From Lentimonas sp. (lineage in GTDB: Bacteria > Pseudomonadota > Alphaproteobacteria > Rickettsiales > UBA1997): a DNA stretch of 53,723 nucleotides. The stretch spans positions 1-53,723 of the forward strand of contig JBLHVR010000002.1 in the NCBI GenBank assembly GCA_047628655.1. Reading direction: 5' to 3'. The translations under genes and the position numbers were made by a program. A model generated the notes under the pieces. It saw only the letters and a list, made by a program, of their open reading frames with translations, made no database searches and was not told the DNA's origin. Of this stretch, positions 1 to 10,961 are shown in pieces. Every line of letters starts with the position of its first letter. Positions within the stretch are counted from its first letter, which is position 1.

Positions 1-230
1 ATAGAGACGCAATTGAAGTTCAAGGACACAGCAGTTCTGAAGGCAGCGAGTCTTACAACAAGCTTTTATCTAAACAAAGATCAAACACTGTCGTTGAATA
101 CCTAAAGTCTAAAGGAGTTAAAAATAGCTTAACTTCTAAAGGATATGGCGAGGCTATGCCATTTGCTGACAATGCAACTAGAGAAGGCAGAATTGCCAAC
201 AGAAGAGTTGTTTTAGTTTGGGATAAATAA
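1..230 (+). CDS. OmpA-family (OmpA/MotB C-terminal peptidoglycan-binding domain) protein, 3' end only; gene begins upstream of the window
   Basis: Frame 3 is open from the window edge to TAA at 228-230. It reads ...GHSSSEGSESYNKLLSKQRSNTVVEYLKSKGV...GYGEAMPFADNATREGRIANRRVVLVWDK, a typical OmpA_C ending (NRRV). It is absent from the ORF track because no start codon lies in the window. Confidence 0.8.
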   Translation, partial: RDAIEVQGHSSSEGSESYNKLLSKQRSNTVVEYLKSKGVKNSLTSKGYGEAMPFADNATREGRIANRRVVLVWDK

Positions 231-250
231 AAACCACTGAAGTAATAAAA

Positions 251-285
251 ACCCGAACAATAATATTCTTGTTCGGGTTTTTTTA
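251..285 (+). terminator. Rho-independent terminator after the partial OmpA-family gene
   Basis: Stem acccgaaca (251-259) pairs with tgttcgggt (270-278), followed by a T-run to 285. Confidence 0.7.
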
Positions 286-294
286 ATAAAATTT

Positions 295-1281
295 ATGTTA
301 AATAAGAATAGATTCATTCTTGCCCTTTTACTGCTAATCTCACCACTTTTCCTTAGTTCCTGTTACAACAGTTTAGAAGACCTATCAAGCCGCGAGAGAG
401 AGCTTAGAAATAGGCACACAATCAATAGTTATCTAGCTTTAGAATATCTGCAATATTCCCGCGAATTAGAAAATAAAGAAAAACGCAAAGACTCACAATA
501 TTTTGCCACCAAAGGAATAATAGCTGCAAAAAACCAAGAAATATATCCCGAAGTTCCAGAAAGATGGAAATTGGACATTACTCAAATAGAACAAGCAACT
601 TTTGCTCGACAAAAACTTGTTGCCTTGCTTTACGATCAACAAGCCAAAAAATTTCTAAAACCACAATTATCTCATCTTCAATTACTTTATGATTGTTGGA
701 TTTCACGAGAAAAAGACATCAAGCAATTAGCAAGCATGTCGCGCTGTAAAATATTATTCTTTAAGCTGGAAGATGAAATTCATAAATATTTAGCCAAAGA
801 AAATTCTAGAATTGAAGATGTAAAAATTATCAAAATTATTGAACCGGAACTTTCCAAATTTGAAATTTATTTTGACCTAAATTCTCACAAATTTAACAGT
901 GCCGCTGATATAATTTTCGTCAAATTATCAAATTATCTAAGCTTTCTAAATGGTAATTACTCAATTTTAATTGTTGGAAATACCGATAGATCAGGTAAAA
1001 AGCTTTACAACGATATCCTAGCCAGGAAAAGAGCTTTGTCAGTTAAAAATAGGTTAATGAAAAATGGTATTGTGGAAGATTTAGTCACAATTCAATCTTT
1101 TGGAGAAAAAAGCCCAGAAATTGCAACTAATGCCAACGATAGAAACAGAAATAATCGCTTAGCAACAGTTTATATTCTAAAAGGAAAGGACCAAATCTCT
1201 GAGATACCCCTTCCTTTGATTGAAAATTTTATTTACAAAAAAAGAATTTTAGACGCTAGAAAACTAAGAGGTAAAAAATAG
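295..1281 (+). CDS. OmpA-domain lipoprotein (unassigned N-terminal domain plus C-terminal OmpA/MotB domain)
   Basis: Signal peptide with lipobox LFLSSC. The C-terminus reads ILIVGNTDRSGKKLYNDILARKRALSVKNRL...GEKSPEIATNANDRNRNNRLATVYI, which is OmpA_C-like. It is the second OmpA-type gene in tandem. Confidence 0.8.
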   Translation: MLNKNRFILALLLLISPLFLSSCYNSLEDLSSRERELRNRHTINSYLALEYLQYSRELENKEKRKDSQYFATKGIIAAKNQEIYPEVPERWKLDITQIEQATFARQKLVALLYDQQAKKFLKPQLSHLQLLYDCWISREKDIKQLASMSRCKILFFKLEDEIHKYLAKENSRIEDVKIIKIIEPELSKFEIYFDLNSHKFNSAADIIFVKLSNYLSFLNGNYSILIVGNTDRSGKKLYNDILARKRALSVKNRLMKNGIVEDLVTIQSFGEKSPEIATNANDRNRNNRLATVYILKGKDQISEIPLPLIENFIYKKRILDARKLRGKK

Positions 1282-1292
1282 AAAATATAAAA

Positions 1293-2369
1293 ATGTCATT
1301 TTTACAAAAAAAGAAGCGAATCGTCATCAAAATAGGATCATCTCTTTTAGTAAAATCGGGAAAACTAAAGACTGTCTGGCTTAAAAGCTTAACAGAGGAT
1401 ATCCTTAATCTGAGAAAAAATGGCACAGAAGTAATTATCGTCAGCTCTGGAGCCGTTGCACTTGGTAAAACTAAAATAAAAACCGGCAAAAGACTTAGTC
1501 TTGAACAAAAGAGGGCAGCCTCAGCAATCGGTCAAATTCACTTAATGTCTCAATATAAATCCTGTTTTGCTGAACATGATTTGAATATTGCTCAAATTCT
1601 TATTACTGACGATGATTCAGCAAATCGTGACCGCTATTTAAATATTCGAGGGACAATTAACACTTTGCTTAAAAATGGTATAATTCCAATTGTTAATGAG
1701 AATGATTCTGTCACAACTTTAGAAACTAAAATTGGCGATAATGACCGTCTTTCAGCCAGAATTGCCCAAATTGCCGTGGCAGATTTATTAATTTTGCTTT
1801 CCGATATCGACGGACTTTACAGCAAGAACCCTAAAATTGATCCATCAGCTGAATTTGTTTTTAAGGTCAATAAAATTGATAAGAAAATTGAAAAAATGGC
1901 TGGCGACGCAGTTTCCGATGTTGGAACTGGAGGCATGGTAACCAAAATTAAGGCTGCCAAAATGGCCTTCAATTTAGGGTGTGACTGCATCATTGCTTCT
2001 GGATTAAAAATGAATCCAATTAAGCACTTGGTTGCCAGTAAAAGATTCACCCTGTTTAAAGCTTCAGGAAAGAAAATTAATGCTAAAAAACAATGGATTG
2101 CGGATTGTTTAAATGCCAACGGAACAGCAATTATTAATGATAATGCAGCCTTAGCATTGCTAAAAAATTCCAGTCTATTGCCAGTTGGAGTAATAAAAAT
2201 TAAAGGCGATTTCAAAAAAGGTGATGTTATTTTTGTAAAAAATGAGAATTCTAAACATATAGCTAACGGCATTGCTAAATATGATTCGTCTACAGCAAGG
2301 CTGGCTATTGGTAAAAATAACCAAATTGAGCTAATCCACCGCGACGATTTGGTCTTGCTTTCTTTCTAG
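1293..2369 (+). CDS. proB: glutamate 5-kinase (with C-terminal PUA domain)
   Basis: IVIKIGSSLL N-terminus, NENDSV and GDNDRLSA kinase motifs, PUA-like tail (GDFKKGDVIFV). Length 358 aa. Confidence 0.93.
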   Translation: MSFLQKKKRIVIKIGSSLLVKSGKLKTVWLKSLTEDILNLRKNGTEVIIVSSGAVALGKTKIKTGKRLSLEQKRAASAIGQIHLMSQYKSCFAEHDLNIAQILITDDDSANRDRYLNIRGTINTLLKNGIIPIVNENDSVTTLETKIGDNDRLSARIAQIAVADLLILLSDIDGLYSKNPKIDPSAEFVFKVNKIDKKIEKMAGDAVSDVGTGGMVTKIKAAKMAFNLGCDCIIASGLKMNPIKHLVASKRFTLFKASGKKINAKKQWIADCLNANGTAIINDNAALALLKNSSLLPVGVIKIKGDFKKGDVIFVKNENSKHIANGIAKYDSSTARLAIGKNNQIELIHRDDLVLLSF

Positions 2370-2486
2370 CTTTACCCTACATTCCGGCCTCAAAAAAATA
2401 CCCTTAAAATCTCTTGCAGTCAGGTATCTTACAGGGCCTTTGAGCAAGGACTTTTAAAAGAATTAATAATCAACATTTTTGATAGA

Positions 2487-3104
2487 ATGACTGAAAATTT
2501 AGAATTTAAAAATGAAATCGTGTCAACATTAGTACCAATGGTTGTTGAACAAACTAATCGCGGCGAAAGATCCTACGATATTTTTTCTCGCCTTCTAAAA
2601 GAAAGAATTATTTTTGTTAGTGGCCAAGTTGAAGACCAGATGTCAACTTTAATTGTTGCTCAATTGTTGTTTCTAGAAGCGGAAGATCCAAAAAAAGATA
2701 TCTACCTTTATATCAACTCCCCTGGTGGAGTCGTAACTTCAGGTCTGGCCATTTATGACACTATGCAATATATCAAACCTGATATTTGCACTTTATGCAT
2801 TGGCCAAGCTGCCTCAATGGGTTCTCTTTTGTTAACCGCAGGAACCAAGAAAAAAAGATTCTCTCTGCCAAATTCCAGAATAATGATTCACCAGCCATCT
2901 GGTGGTTATCGAGGTCAAGCAACTGATATTGAAATTCACGCTCGCGAAACTCTGTCGATTAAAAAAAGGCTTAATGAAATTTACGTTAAACATACTGGCC
3001 AGAATCTTTCTACAGTAGAAAGCTCAATGGAGAGAGACAATTTCATGAATCCAGAAAAAGCTTTAGAATTCGGGCTAATTGATAAAATTATTGATAAAAG
3101 ATAA
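2487..3104 (+). CDS. clpP: ATP-dependent Clp protease proteolytic subunit
   Basis: [17 protein letters not shown], catalytic Ser context GQAASMGS, His context MIHQP. Length 205 aa. Confidence 0.97.
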   Translation: MTENLEFKNEIVSTLVPMVVEQTNRGERSYDIFSRLLKERIIFVSGQVEDQMSTLIVAQLLFLEAEDPKKDIYLYINSPGGVVTSGLAIYDTMQYIKPDICTLCIGQAASMGSLLLTAGTKKKRFSLPNSRIMIHQPSGGYRGQATDIEIHARETLSIKKRLNEIYVKHTGQNLSTVESSMERDNFMNPEKALEFGLIDKIIDKR

Positions 3105-4418
3105 ATGACTGATAATAGCGAGAACATTAACACAATCTGTTGCTCATTTTGCGGCAAGTATCAAAGTGAAGTAAAAAAGCTAATCGCCGGACCAAATGTT
3201 TTCATTTGCAACGAGTGTGTTTCCTTATGCCTTGATATCGTTAAAGAAGATAGCAAGAAATCTCCAGCAATTAATGCTGAAGGAGGAAAAATAACTCCTC
3301 AAGAAATCATCAAAATCTTAGGTGACTATGTTGTCGGACAAGAACATGCCAAAAAAGTTTTGTCAGTTGCGGTTTACAACCATTACAAAAGAATAGATTC
3401 TGGATCTAATTTAACTGATCAAGATGTTGAATTAGTTAAATCAAACATTTTACTAATTGGTCCAACTGGATGCGGTAAAACTCTTCTTGCTCAAACTTTA
3501 GCTAAAATTCTTGATGTTCCATTCACAATGGCTGATGCCACTTCACTAACTGAAGCTGGTTATGTTGGTGACGATGTTGAAAACATCATTTCCCGCTTAC
3601 TTCAAGCTTCTGAATATAATGTAGAAAAAGCTCAAAGAGGAATTATTTACATTGATGAAATCGACAAAATCACCAAAAAAAGTGAAGCTGGTGGTAGAAC
3701 TAGAGATATTTCAGGTGAAGGAGTTCAACAAGGTTTATTAAAAATAATTGAAGGAACAGTTGCTTCAGTTCCAGCTCAACCTGGTAAAAGAGGTGGAAAT
3801 CAAGAATATGTTCAAGTCGACACTAAAAATATTCTTTTCATTTGCAGTGGATCCTTCGATGGTTTAGAAAAAATCATTACTCAAAGAGGAAGAGGCACCG
3901 CGATTGGTTTCGGCGCTGATGTTCGTGAAAAAGACGAATCCAAGAAAAAAGATATTCTAAAATTGGCTGAGCCTGAAGATATTATTAAATTTGGTATCAT
4001 TCCAGAATTAGTAGGAAGATTGCCAATCATCGCCCCAATTCACGATTTAAGCGAAGAAGATTTAATTAAAATTCTTTCCGAACCTAGAAATTCACTAGTT
4101 AAGCAATATCAAAAGCTGTTCTCTTTAGACAAAGTAATTTTAAATTTTGATAAAGAATCTTTGATAGAAATTGCCAAAAAAGCTATCATTAGAAAAACTG
4201 GCGCTAGAGGACTCAGAGCAATCATGGAAAATATTCTAATGGAGGCTATGTTTGAAATTCCAGCCCAAAAGAATGTTAAGTCGGTCAATATCTTTAAAGA
4301 TGTGATTACTAAAGATAAAAAACCAAAAATTGAATTTTTTACTAAAGAGGAAATTCAAAAAAACAAAAAAGAATTAATCACTTCCCCTGCAAAAGAAATT
4401 GCAACTAAAAACACTTAA
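3105..4418 (+). CDS. clpX: ATP-dependent Clp protease ATP-binding subunit ClpX
   Basis: N-terminal zinc finger CSFCGK...CNEC, Walker A GPTGCGKT, Walker [10 protein letters not shown]. It starts directly at the clpP stop. Confidence 0.97.
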   Translation: MTDNSENINTICCSFCGKYQSEVKKLIAGPNVFICNECVSLCLDIVKEDSKKSPAINAEGGKITPQEIIKILGDYVVGQEHAKKVLSVAVYNHYKRIDSGSNLTDQDVELVKSNILLIGPTGCGKTLLAQTLAKILDVPFTMADATSLTEAGYVGDDVENIISRLLQASEYNVEKAQRGIIYIDEIDKITKKSEAGGRTRDISGEGVQQGLLKIIEGTVASVPAQPGKRGGNQEYVQVDTKNILFICSGSFDGLEKIITQRGRGTAIGFGADVREKDESKKKDILKLAEPEDIIKFGIIPELVGRLPIIAPIHDLSEEDLIKILSEPRNSLVKQYQKLFSLDKVILNFDKESLIEIAKKAIIRKTGARGLRAIMENILMEAMFEIPAQKNVKSVNIFKDVITKDKKPKIEFFTKEEIQKNKKELITSPAKEIATKNT

Positions 4419-4430
4419 CTAATCAAATTA

Positions 4431-6260
4431 ATGACTGAAATAAGAAATATTGCCATCATAGCCCACGTTGATCATGGAAAAACTACTTTAATTGACGCAA
4501 TGCTTGGACAAAGCGGAACTTTCCACTCTAGGGCAGACGTTGTAACAAGAGTAATGGACAGCAACGACATTGAAAAAGAGCGTGGAATTACCATTCTAGC
4601 AAAATGTACCGCAATTGGCTGGAAAGACACTAAAATCAACATCATCGACACACCAGGACATGCCGATTTCGGTGGTGAAGTTGAAAGAGTTCTGAGCATG
4701 GCAGACAGCGCGCTTATTTTGGTTGATTCTTCCGAAGGACCGATGCCGCAAACCAAATTTGTACTTGCCAAAGCTTTGGCTCTTGGATTAGAACCAATTG
4801 TTATCATTAACAAAGTTGATAGAAATGATTCTAGATGTGACGAAGTTCTAAATGAAATTTTTGACCTCTTTGTTGCTTTGAACGCAACAGAAGCTCAGCT
4901 TGATTTCGAAGTACTTTACGCAGTAGGAAGAGACGGTTGGTGTGTACGTGACTTAGAAAATGATAAAAGAGAAAATCTTGACCCACTTCTTGATTTAATC
5001 TTAGAAAAAGTTAATCCACCAAAATTTGATGAAAAAGCACCATTCACAATGTTGGCTACTTTACTTGAGTCTAACCCATTCTTTGGCCGTGTTTTAACTG
5101 GAAGAATCTATTCTGGAACCGCAAAAGCAATGATGAATTTCAAAGCTATCGACCTTAACGGAAAAGTGGTTGAACAAGGAAGGTTAACTAAATTACAGAT
5201 CTTCAAAGGTGTTGACAGAGTTACTGTTGACGAAGCTGTTGCTGGAGACATAGTTTCAATTGCTGGACTTGAAAAAGCATCAGTTGCTGATACTTTTTGT
5301 GATTTATCAGTTATTGAACCAATTGCTTCAACTCCAATTGATCCACCAACAATGTCAATTACTCTTTCAGTGAATGACTCTCCACTTGCTGGAACAGAAG
5401 GAAGTAAAGTAACCTCTAGAATGATTCGCGATCGTTTATTGAGTGAAGCTGAAACCAACGTAGCCATCACAGTTCAAGAAAGCGAAGGAAATGACGCTTT
5501 CGAAGTTGGAGGAAGAGGAGAATTACAACTTGGAGTTTTAATTGAAAATATGAGAAGAGAAGGTTTCGAACTTTCAGTTTCAAGACCAAGAGTTCTTTTC
5601 AAAAAGGATGAAGAAGGCGCAACTTTAGAGCCAATTGAAGAAGTGGTAACTGATGTTGATGATGAATTTACTGGTTCAGTAGTTGAGAAAATTGCCATCA
5701 GAAAAGGTGAAATGACCGATATGCGTCCATCAGGAGGCGGAAAAACTAGAATAACTTTCTTGGTTCCTTCTCGTGGCCTAATTGGCTATCAAAGTGAGTT
5801 TTTAACTGATACCAAGGGAACCGGAGTTATTAACCGAATTTTCCACTCTTACGCTCCTTTTAAAGGCTCGCTTAGCTTTAAGAGAAATGGCGCACTAATT
5901 TCCATGGGTAATGGCGAAGCAGTAGCTTACGCATTATTTAACCTACAAGATCGCGGAACTATGTTCGTTAAACCAGGACAAAAAGTTTATTCTGGAATGA
6001 TTATCGGACAAAATTCTAAAGTTGGAGATATGGAAGTTAATATTCTTAAAGGAAAACAATTAACCAACGTTAGAGCTTCTGGAACTGACGAAGCGATTCG
6101 TTTAACTCCACCAAAAGAATTAACTTTGGAAGATATGATTACCTATGTTGACAATGATGAGTTGGTAGAAGTAACGCCAAAATCTCTTCGTTTACGCAAA
6201 AGATATCTCGACAGTAATGAGAGAAAAAGAATGAGCAAATCAAACAAAGCTTTCGCATAA
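4431..6260 (+). CDS. typA: translational GTPase TypA/BipA
   Basis: AIIAHVDHGKTTL, DTPGHADFGGEVER, NKVDR. Length 609 aa with EF-G-like architecture. Confidence 0.95.
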   Translation: MTEIRNIAIIAHVDHGKTTLIDAMLGQSGTFHSRADVVTRVMDSNDIEKERGITILAKCTAIGWKDTKINIIDTPGHADFGGEVERVLSMADSALILVDSSEGPMPQTKFVLAKALALGLEPIVIINKVDRNDSRCDEVLNEIFDLFVALNATEAQLDFEVLYAVGRDGWCVRDLENDKRENLDPLLDLILEKVNPPKFDEKAPFTMLATLLESNPFFGRVLTGRIYSGTAKAMMNFKAIDLNGKVVEQGRLTKLQIFKGVDRVTVDEAVAGDIVSIAGLEKASVADTFCDLSVIEPIASTPIDPPTMSITLSVNDSPLAGTEGSKVTSRMIRDRLLSEAETNVAITVQESEGNDAFEVGGRGELQLGVLIENMRREGFELSVSRPRVLFKKDEEGATLEPIEEVVTDVDDEFTGSVVEKIAIRKGEMTDMRPSGGGKTRITFLVPSRGLIGYQSEFLTDTKGTGVINRIFHSYAPFKGSLSFKRNGALISMGNGEAVAYALFNLQDRGTMFVKPGQKVYSGMIIGQNSKVGDMEVNILKGKQLTNVRASGTDEAIRLTPPKELTLEDMITYVDNDELVEVTPKSLRLRKRYLDSNERKRMSKSNKAFA

Positions 6261-6265
6261 CTTAA

Positions 6266-6300
6266 TTAGTGGATTGTCTCTCAACTTGGCAATCCACTAA
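6266..6300. terminator. 11-bp hairpin between convergent typA and trmD (possible bidirectional terminator; no clear U-tract)
   Basis: ttagtggattg (6266-6276) pairs perfectly with caatccactaa (6290-6300), with a 13-nt loop. Flanking ttaatt/aattag adds imperfect pairing. Confidence 0.45.
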
Positions 6301-6451
6301 CTAATTAGACTTACCCTCCTGCCCACAAAATTTCTACTATAAAATAATATCAAGGGGTCCACAGCTATCTAGGATTAACGATGTAAGTAATATGGTTAAT
6401 TTATTTGTAAGATTTCTTCATAAATTATTAGTTATTATGTTCTATTAATAT

Positions 6452-7180
6452 TTAATCAGAACAAGGCACCAATAAATCCCCTCTTCTCTTTTGAGTAATT
6501 TCCCTAGCTTTTTTAAGCCTCCAATCATCAATGTTTTTATGGTGACCAGAAAGTAAAACCTCTGGAACAGAACGATCTTTCCAAATTTGTGGCTTAGTGT
6601 AATGAGGATATTCTAAAAGATTGTCAAATTTACTACCATTTCCATCACCAAAACTTTCTTCTTTTAAAGAATTTTTATCACCCAGAACCCCTTCTAAATT
6701 CCTAATTACAGCATCCAAAATAACCATTGCTGGAAGCTCTCCACCGGACAAAACATAATCTCCAATTGAAATTTCCTCTATTTCATATTCATCAATAACT
6801 CGCTGATCAATCCCTTCATATCGCCCACAAATTATCGCTATTTCCTTAATTTCACTGATTTTGAAAGCTTTTTTCTGATTAAATACTGCCCCCCGAGGTG
6901 ATGGATAGAACAACTTTTCATTACCAGAAATATTATCCTCAATAGCCTTTTCTAAAACATCTGGCCGCATCAGCATTCCAGATCCACCGCCGAATATTGT
7001 ATCATCCACGGTTTTTCTGCTACCAATTCCATATTTTCTGATATCTATGATTTCTAGTTCCCAGAGACCGCTTTTCAAGGCCTCACCAATAATGGAGTGA
7101 CCTAAAACGCTAGGAAATATTTCGGGAAATAAGGTAAAGATTTTAACCTTAAAATTACTCTTCATTTTCAATTTCAACAA
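6452..7180 (-). CDS. trmD: tRNA (guanine37-N1)-methyltransferase
   Basis: IFTLFPEIF, CGRYEGIDQRV, LSGGELPAMV motifs. It overlaps the rimM 3' end; the true start may be the internal Met 5 codons downstream. Confidence 0.95.
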   Translation of the reverse strand: MLKLKMKSNFKVKIFTLFPEIFPSVLGHSIIGEALKSGLWELEIIDIRKYGIGSRKTVDDTIFGGGSGMLMRPDVLEKAIEDNISGNEKLFYPSPRGAVFNQKKAFKISEIKEIAIICGRYEGIDQRVIDEYEIEEISIGDYVLSGGELPAMVILDAVIRNLEGVLGDKNSLKEESFGDGNGSKFDNLLEYPHYTKPQIWKDRSVPEVLLSGHHKNIDDWRLKKAREITQKRRGDLLVPCSD

Positions 7181-7694
7181 TTTCTGGTATTTGGAAAGTT
7201 ACATATTTCTCTCTCAAATTGACTTCTGGGAAAATATCATCAGTAAAAGCAAAACTGCTAATTCCCAATTTATCATAAGATGAATCATTGAATTTAATTT
7301 CAACTAATCCTCCTGCTCCAAAATCATCAACTGCCATAATTTCACCAATTTTCTTACTATTATAATCTAAAACTTTCAAACCAATTAAATCACAATAGTA
7401 AAATTCATCTTCCTCATTTTCTTCTAAATCATCTCTTTTAATGAATATTTCAGTATTTCTTAGAAGTTCGGCCTGCGTTCTGCTTTCAACACCGTCAATT
7501 TTAACAGTAAATAAATCGTTATTTTTACTAGGAACCTGATTGATGATTGTAATTTTTAGAGATGGGATTTTGGGAGTAAATAATTTGTCCAAATAAATCT
7601 CAATATCTTGTGGATTAGCAGTAAAGCTAGCTAGCTTAAGATTGCCCTTGATTCCATGAACCGAGACAATTTTTGCAATTATAATATCACTCAT
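7155..7694 (-). CDS. rimM: 16S rRNA processing protein RimM
   Basis: The N-terminus IAKIVSVHGIKGNLKL is typical of RimM. Classic rimM-trmD order. Confidence 0.9.
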   Translation of the reverse strand: MSDIIIAKIVSVHGIKGNLKLASFTANPQDIEIYLDKLFTPKIPSLKITIINQVPSKNNDLFTVKIDGVESRTQAELLRNTEIFIKRDDLEENEEDEFYYCDLIGLKVLDYNSKKIGEIMAVDDFGAGGLVEIKFNDSSYDKLGISSFAFTDDIFPEVNLREKYVTFQIPEIVEIENEE

Positions 7695-7702
7695 TTGAAA
7701 TT

Positions 7703-8167
7703 TTATTTACGATTTTTATTAGCAATATTTTGTAAGATACTATTTACGAAAGTGACTTTTTTATCATCAAAAAAGCTGGCAGCTAAATCAACATATTGGC
7801 TAATTACCACTTTCAGAGGAATGTCTTTCATAAATTTAAGCTCAAAAGTTGCTAATCTTAGAATTTGAGGCATAACATCGGGAAGAGTTTCCATTTTCCA
7901 CTCATCTTTTAAAAATGGTGTAATTTCATCATCAATTTTATCTAAAACTAGCATTAATCCTGACAAAAGTGATTGTAATAATTCTTGATCAATTTTCTCT
8001 TCATAAGAACTAATTTCATCATCCTCACTAAGAAAATAATTTGCAATTAAGGTTTTGGATAAATCTTCAATGGCAATTTCTTGATTTGAAAAATCGAACT
8101 GCCAAAAAGTTTGAACTGCAATTAGCCTGCTTAAAAAGCGCTTAGGAAGATTATTTTTTTTGTTCAC
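7703..8167 (-). CDS. nusB: transcription antitermination factor NusB
   Basis: The sequence RLIAVQTFWQFDF...QILRLATFEL...VVISQYVDLA fits the NusB fold pattern. Length 154 aa. Confidence 0.85.
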   Translation of the reverse strand: MNKKNNLPKRFLSRLIAVQTFWQFDFSNQEIAIEDLSKTLIANYFLSEDDEISSYEEKIDQELLQSLLSGLMLVLDKIDDEITPFLKDEWKMETLPDVMPQILRLATFELKFMKDIPLKVVISQYVDLAASFFDDKKVTFVNSILQNIANKNRK

Positions 8168-8218
8168 TGAAAGTTTAAAAATTATTTAGAAGATAAATTG
8201 TGAATTTACTTAAGAAAT

Positions 8219-9508
8219 TTATCTGGAGTTGATTGGTTGATAATCTCTAGCTGCATATCCGGTGTAAAGTTGTCTTGGCCGGCCAATTTTAAAGCTTTCA
8301 TCTTCAACCATTTCCTTCCATTGAGCAACCCAGCCAGCAGATCTGGCAATCGCAAAAATCACAGTAAATAGATTGTTCGGAATTCCAAGCGCCTTGTAGA
8401 TTATTCCTGAATAAAAATCGACATTAGGGAAAAGTTTTCTTTTAATAAAATATTCATCATTAAGAGCAATTTTTTCTAATTCCATTGCAATTTCTAGAAA
8501 AGGATCATTCTTAATTCCAAGCTCTTGTAAAACTTCATCACAATATTTTTTAAGAACTGCAGCGCGTGGATCATAATTTTTGTAAACTCTATGTCCAAAA
8601 CCCATTAGACGGAATGAATCATCTTTGTCTTTAGCTTTAGCAATAAATTCTGGAATGCGATCTTTAGTTCCAATTTCTTGTAGCATTTCAATTACTTCCT
8701 CATTGGCTCCTCCATGAGCTGGGCCCCAAAGTGATGCAATTCCAGCTCCAATACAAGCGAAGGGATTTGCACCAGAAGAACCTGCAAGCCTAACCGTAGA
8801 AGTTGAGGCATTTTGCTCATGATCGGCGTGAAGAATTAAAATTTTCTCCATTGCTTTAGCAATTGTTGGACTAACTGTATATTTCTTCATTGGAGTTGCA
8901 AAAAGCATATGTAGTAAATTTTCCGCAAATCCAAGTTCTTCATTTGGATAAACCGAAGGTTCGCCAATAGAATATTTATAGGCCATTGCAGCAAGTGTTG
9001 GCATTTTGGCTATTATTTTGTAAGCCACATCTTCCCGACCTTCTTGGTCGTTTGATTCGGTTTCGTGATAAAAAGCTGAAAGAGATGCAACCGCTCCAAC
9101 CATAATTGCCATTGGATGAGAACGTCTTGGGAAGCCACGATAAAGAAATTGTAGCTGTTCGTGAGGCATCATATTCTTATGAATATTTTGAACGAATTTC
9201 TGGTTTTGCTCTGGGTTAGGAAGATCTCCGTTAAGTAATAAATAGCAAGTTTCCAAATAGTTACTTTTTTCTGCCAAATCTTCGATTGAATAGCCACGAT
9301 GTCTCAAAATTCCTTGTGCTCCATCAATATAAGTGATTTTTGATTCACAGGACGCAGTAGACATAAATCCAATATCGAAGGTAAACATCCCGCTTTCCTT
9401 TAAAAGTGAAGAAATATCAATCACATCTTGCCCGATTGTGGCCTTTTTAACATCGAATTTAATTTCTTTGCCATTAGGTAAAGTTAATTTAGCAGTATTG
9501 CTGGTCAT
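8219..9508 (-). CDS. gltA: citrate synthase (type II)
   Basis: [36 protein letters not shown] motifs. Length 429 aa. Confidence 0.96.
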   Translation of the reverse strand: MTSNTAKLTLPNGKEIKFDVKKATIGQDVIDISSLLKESGMFTFDIGFMSTASCESKITYIDGAQGILRHRGYSIEDLAEKSNYLETCYLLLNGDLPNPEQNQKFVQNIHKNMMPHEQLQFLYRGFPRRSHPMAIMVGAVASLSAFYHETESNDQEGREDVAYKIIAKMPTLAAMAYKYSIGEPSVYPNEELGFAENLLHMLFATPMKKYTVSPTIAKAMEKILILHADHEQNASTSTVRLAGSSGANPFACIGAGIASLWGPAHGGANEEVIEMLQEIGTKDRIPEFIAKAKDKDDSFRLMGFGHRVYKNYDPRAAVLKKYCDEVLQELGIKNDPFLEIAMELEKIALNDEYFIKRKLFPNVDFYSGIIYKALGIPNNLFTVIFAIARSAGWVAQWKEMVEDESFKIGRPRQLYTGYAARDYQPINSR

Positions 9509-9599
9509 TTTCTTTAAAAATAAGTTTATTTGAAAAAATAAGAAGAAGGTTTAGAGTTACGGGATTCTCTTACATCAACCCCGTAAATTCAACAACAAA

Positions 9600-10730
9600 T
9601 TGAAGCTTAATTCATTAGAAATAAACAAATCTCCAGCAGATACTAAAGTTGTAGTAGCAATGTCTGGTGGAGTTGACTCCTCGGCCGTCGCAGCTCTTCT
9701 AAAAGAGGAAGGATATGAAGTTATTGGCATCACTTTACAACTTTACGATTCTGGGAAAATAAGCTCTAAATCCAGTAAAACTTGCTGCGCTGGCGCTGAT
9801 ATTCTAGATGCCAAGAAAGTTGCCGAGCAATTTGACTTCCCGCATTACGTTCTAAATTATGAAAGCTTATTTAGAGATTCCGTAATCGATGATTTTGCCG
9901 ATAGTTATTTACGTGGTGAAACACCAATTCCATGTATTAGGTGTAATCAAAGCGTTAAATTTCAAGATTTATTAAAAGTTGCTAAAGATTTAGGAGCTGA
10001 CGCGTTGGCAACTGGACATTATGTGCAAAGAAAATTAGATGAAAATGCGGTTCCACAACTCCATAAAGGCTTTGATGAAGGCAAAGATCAAAGCTATTTT
10101 CTATTTTCTACCACCAGAGATCAACTCAATTTTCTTAGATTCCCACTTGGTGGTTGGACCAAAGAAAAAACTCGATCGGAAGCTGTAAGATTGGGTCTAG
10201 AAATTGCCGATAAGCCCGACAGCCAAGATATTTGTTTTGTTCCTGATGGAGATTATTCAAAAATAATTGAGAAAATTCGTCCATCGGCTTTTAAGAATGG
10301 AGATATTGTTGATTTAGATGGAAAAATTATTGGCTCTCACAATGGAATAATTAATTACACTATTGGACAAAGAAGAGGTCTTGGAATTTCCAGTAAAAAT
10401 CCGCTTTATGTGGTGAAAATTGATGCAAAGACTAATCAGGTAATAGTTGGAGGAGTATCAGATTTAGAGAAAAAAGAGCTTAGAATTAAGGAACTAAATT
10501 GGCTGGGAAATAAAGAATATTTAACAAAGCCAATTAAAGCACAGGTAAGACTTAGGTCTAGCCAACAGGAAGTAGAAGCGGAAATTGAAGTTAGAAGCGA
10601 TCAAACTGCAATCGTAAAATTATTTAACACCACAAAATCCATAGCTCCTGGTCAAGCCTGCGTAATTTATGATGAAGATGTTGTTTTGGGAGGAGGATGG
10701 ATTGTCAATTCATCAATAGAATCCGATTAA
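9600..10730 (+). CDS. mnmA: tRNA-specific 2-thiouridylase MnmA
   Basis: PP-loop VVVAMSGGVDSS, catalytic Cys context IPCIRCN, DSQDICF. TTG start as in the track. Confidence 0.93.
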   Translation: MKLNSLEINKSPADTKVVVAMSGGVDSSAVAALLKEEGYEVIGITLQLYDSGKISSKSSKTCCAGADILDAKKVAEQFDFPHYVLNYESLFRDSVIDDFADSYLRGETPIPCIRCNQSVKFQDLLKVAKDLGADALATGHYVQRKLDENAVPQLHKGFDEGKDQSYFLFSTTRDQLNFLRFPLGGWTKEKTRSEAVRLGLEIADKPDSQDICFVPDGDYSKIIEKIRPSAFKNGDIVDLDGKIIGSHNGIINYTIGQRRGLGISSKNPLYVVKIDAKTNQVIVGGVSDLEKKELRIKELNWLGNKEYLTKPIKAQVRLRSSQQEVEAEIEVRSDQTAIVKLFNTTKSIAPGQACVIYDEDVVLGGGWIVNSSIESD

Positions 10731-10739
10731 ACTTTGGAT

Positions 10740-10958
10740 TTATTTCGGGTTAATTTCACCAGAAGAAATTCTTGAAGAAGTACGGGATTTTATTTCCGGG
10801 TTACTGGTATCAGCCAAATCTGGCAATTCAACTTCACTGCCATCATTTTCAAACATCCAACCCACACTCTCTTTAACTTTCCCAGAATAGTTAACTCCTA
10901 AAAAGAAAGTGCAAGCTGAGAATAATAAAATGAAGATTAATTCTAAGGATTTGGTCAT
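10740..10958 (-). CDS. small hypothetical lipoprotein
   Basis: 72 aa with lipobox LLFSAC and an acidic/Ser-rich mature part. It starts 3 nt after the pdhC stop, so it is probably co-transcribed. No family assigned. Confidence 0.5.
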   Translation of the reverse strand: MTKSLELIFILLFSACTFFLGVNYSGKVKESVGWMFENDGSEVELPDLADTSNPEIKSRTSSRISSGEINPK

Positions 10959-10961
10959 ATT

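Noticed and set aside
1817-2272. Long antisense ORFs inside well-supported genes. Examples: 1256-1489, 1817-2272, 4472-4813, 5108-5470, 5474-5698, 16327-16589, 17015-17284, 18514-18828, 23987-24283, 26074-26412, 28408-28665, 38664-38975, 43474-43713, 44134-44379, 45520-45834, 51684-51950.
   Set aside because: Each lies entirely opposite a gene with strong family motifs. Their products are low-complexity or compositionally odd, as expected for shadow ORFs. None shows a recognisable motif.
2413-2446. Possible sigma-32 (heat-shock) promoter upstream of clpP: CTTGCAG ... GGCCTTTGAG.
   Set aside because: A CTTG -35-like element is present. However, no spacing from 17 to 20 nt gives a good match to the alphaproteobacterial -10 consensus (CYTATNT). 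I cannot support it from sequence alone.
10740-10958. The idea that the 72-aa lipoprotein downstream of pdhC is a VirB7-like T4SS lipoprotein.
   Set aside because: Only the size and the lipobox fit. The P-[ILV]-N-K type VirB9-interaction motif is absent, since the protein ends ...GEINPK. It is kept as a hypothetical lipoprotein.
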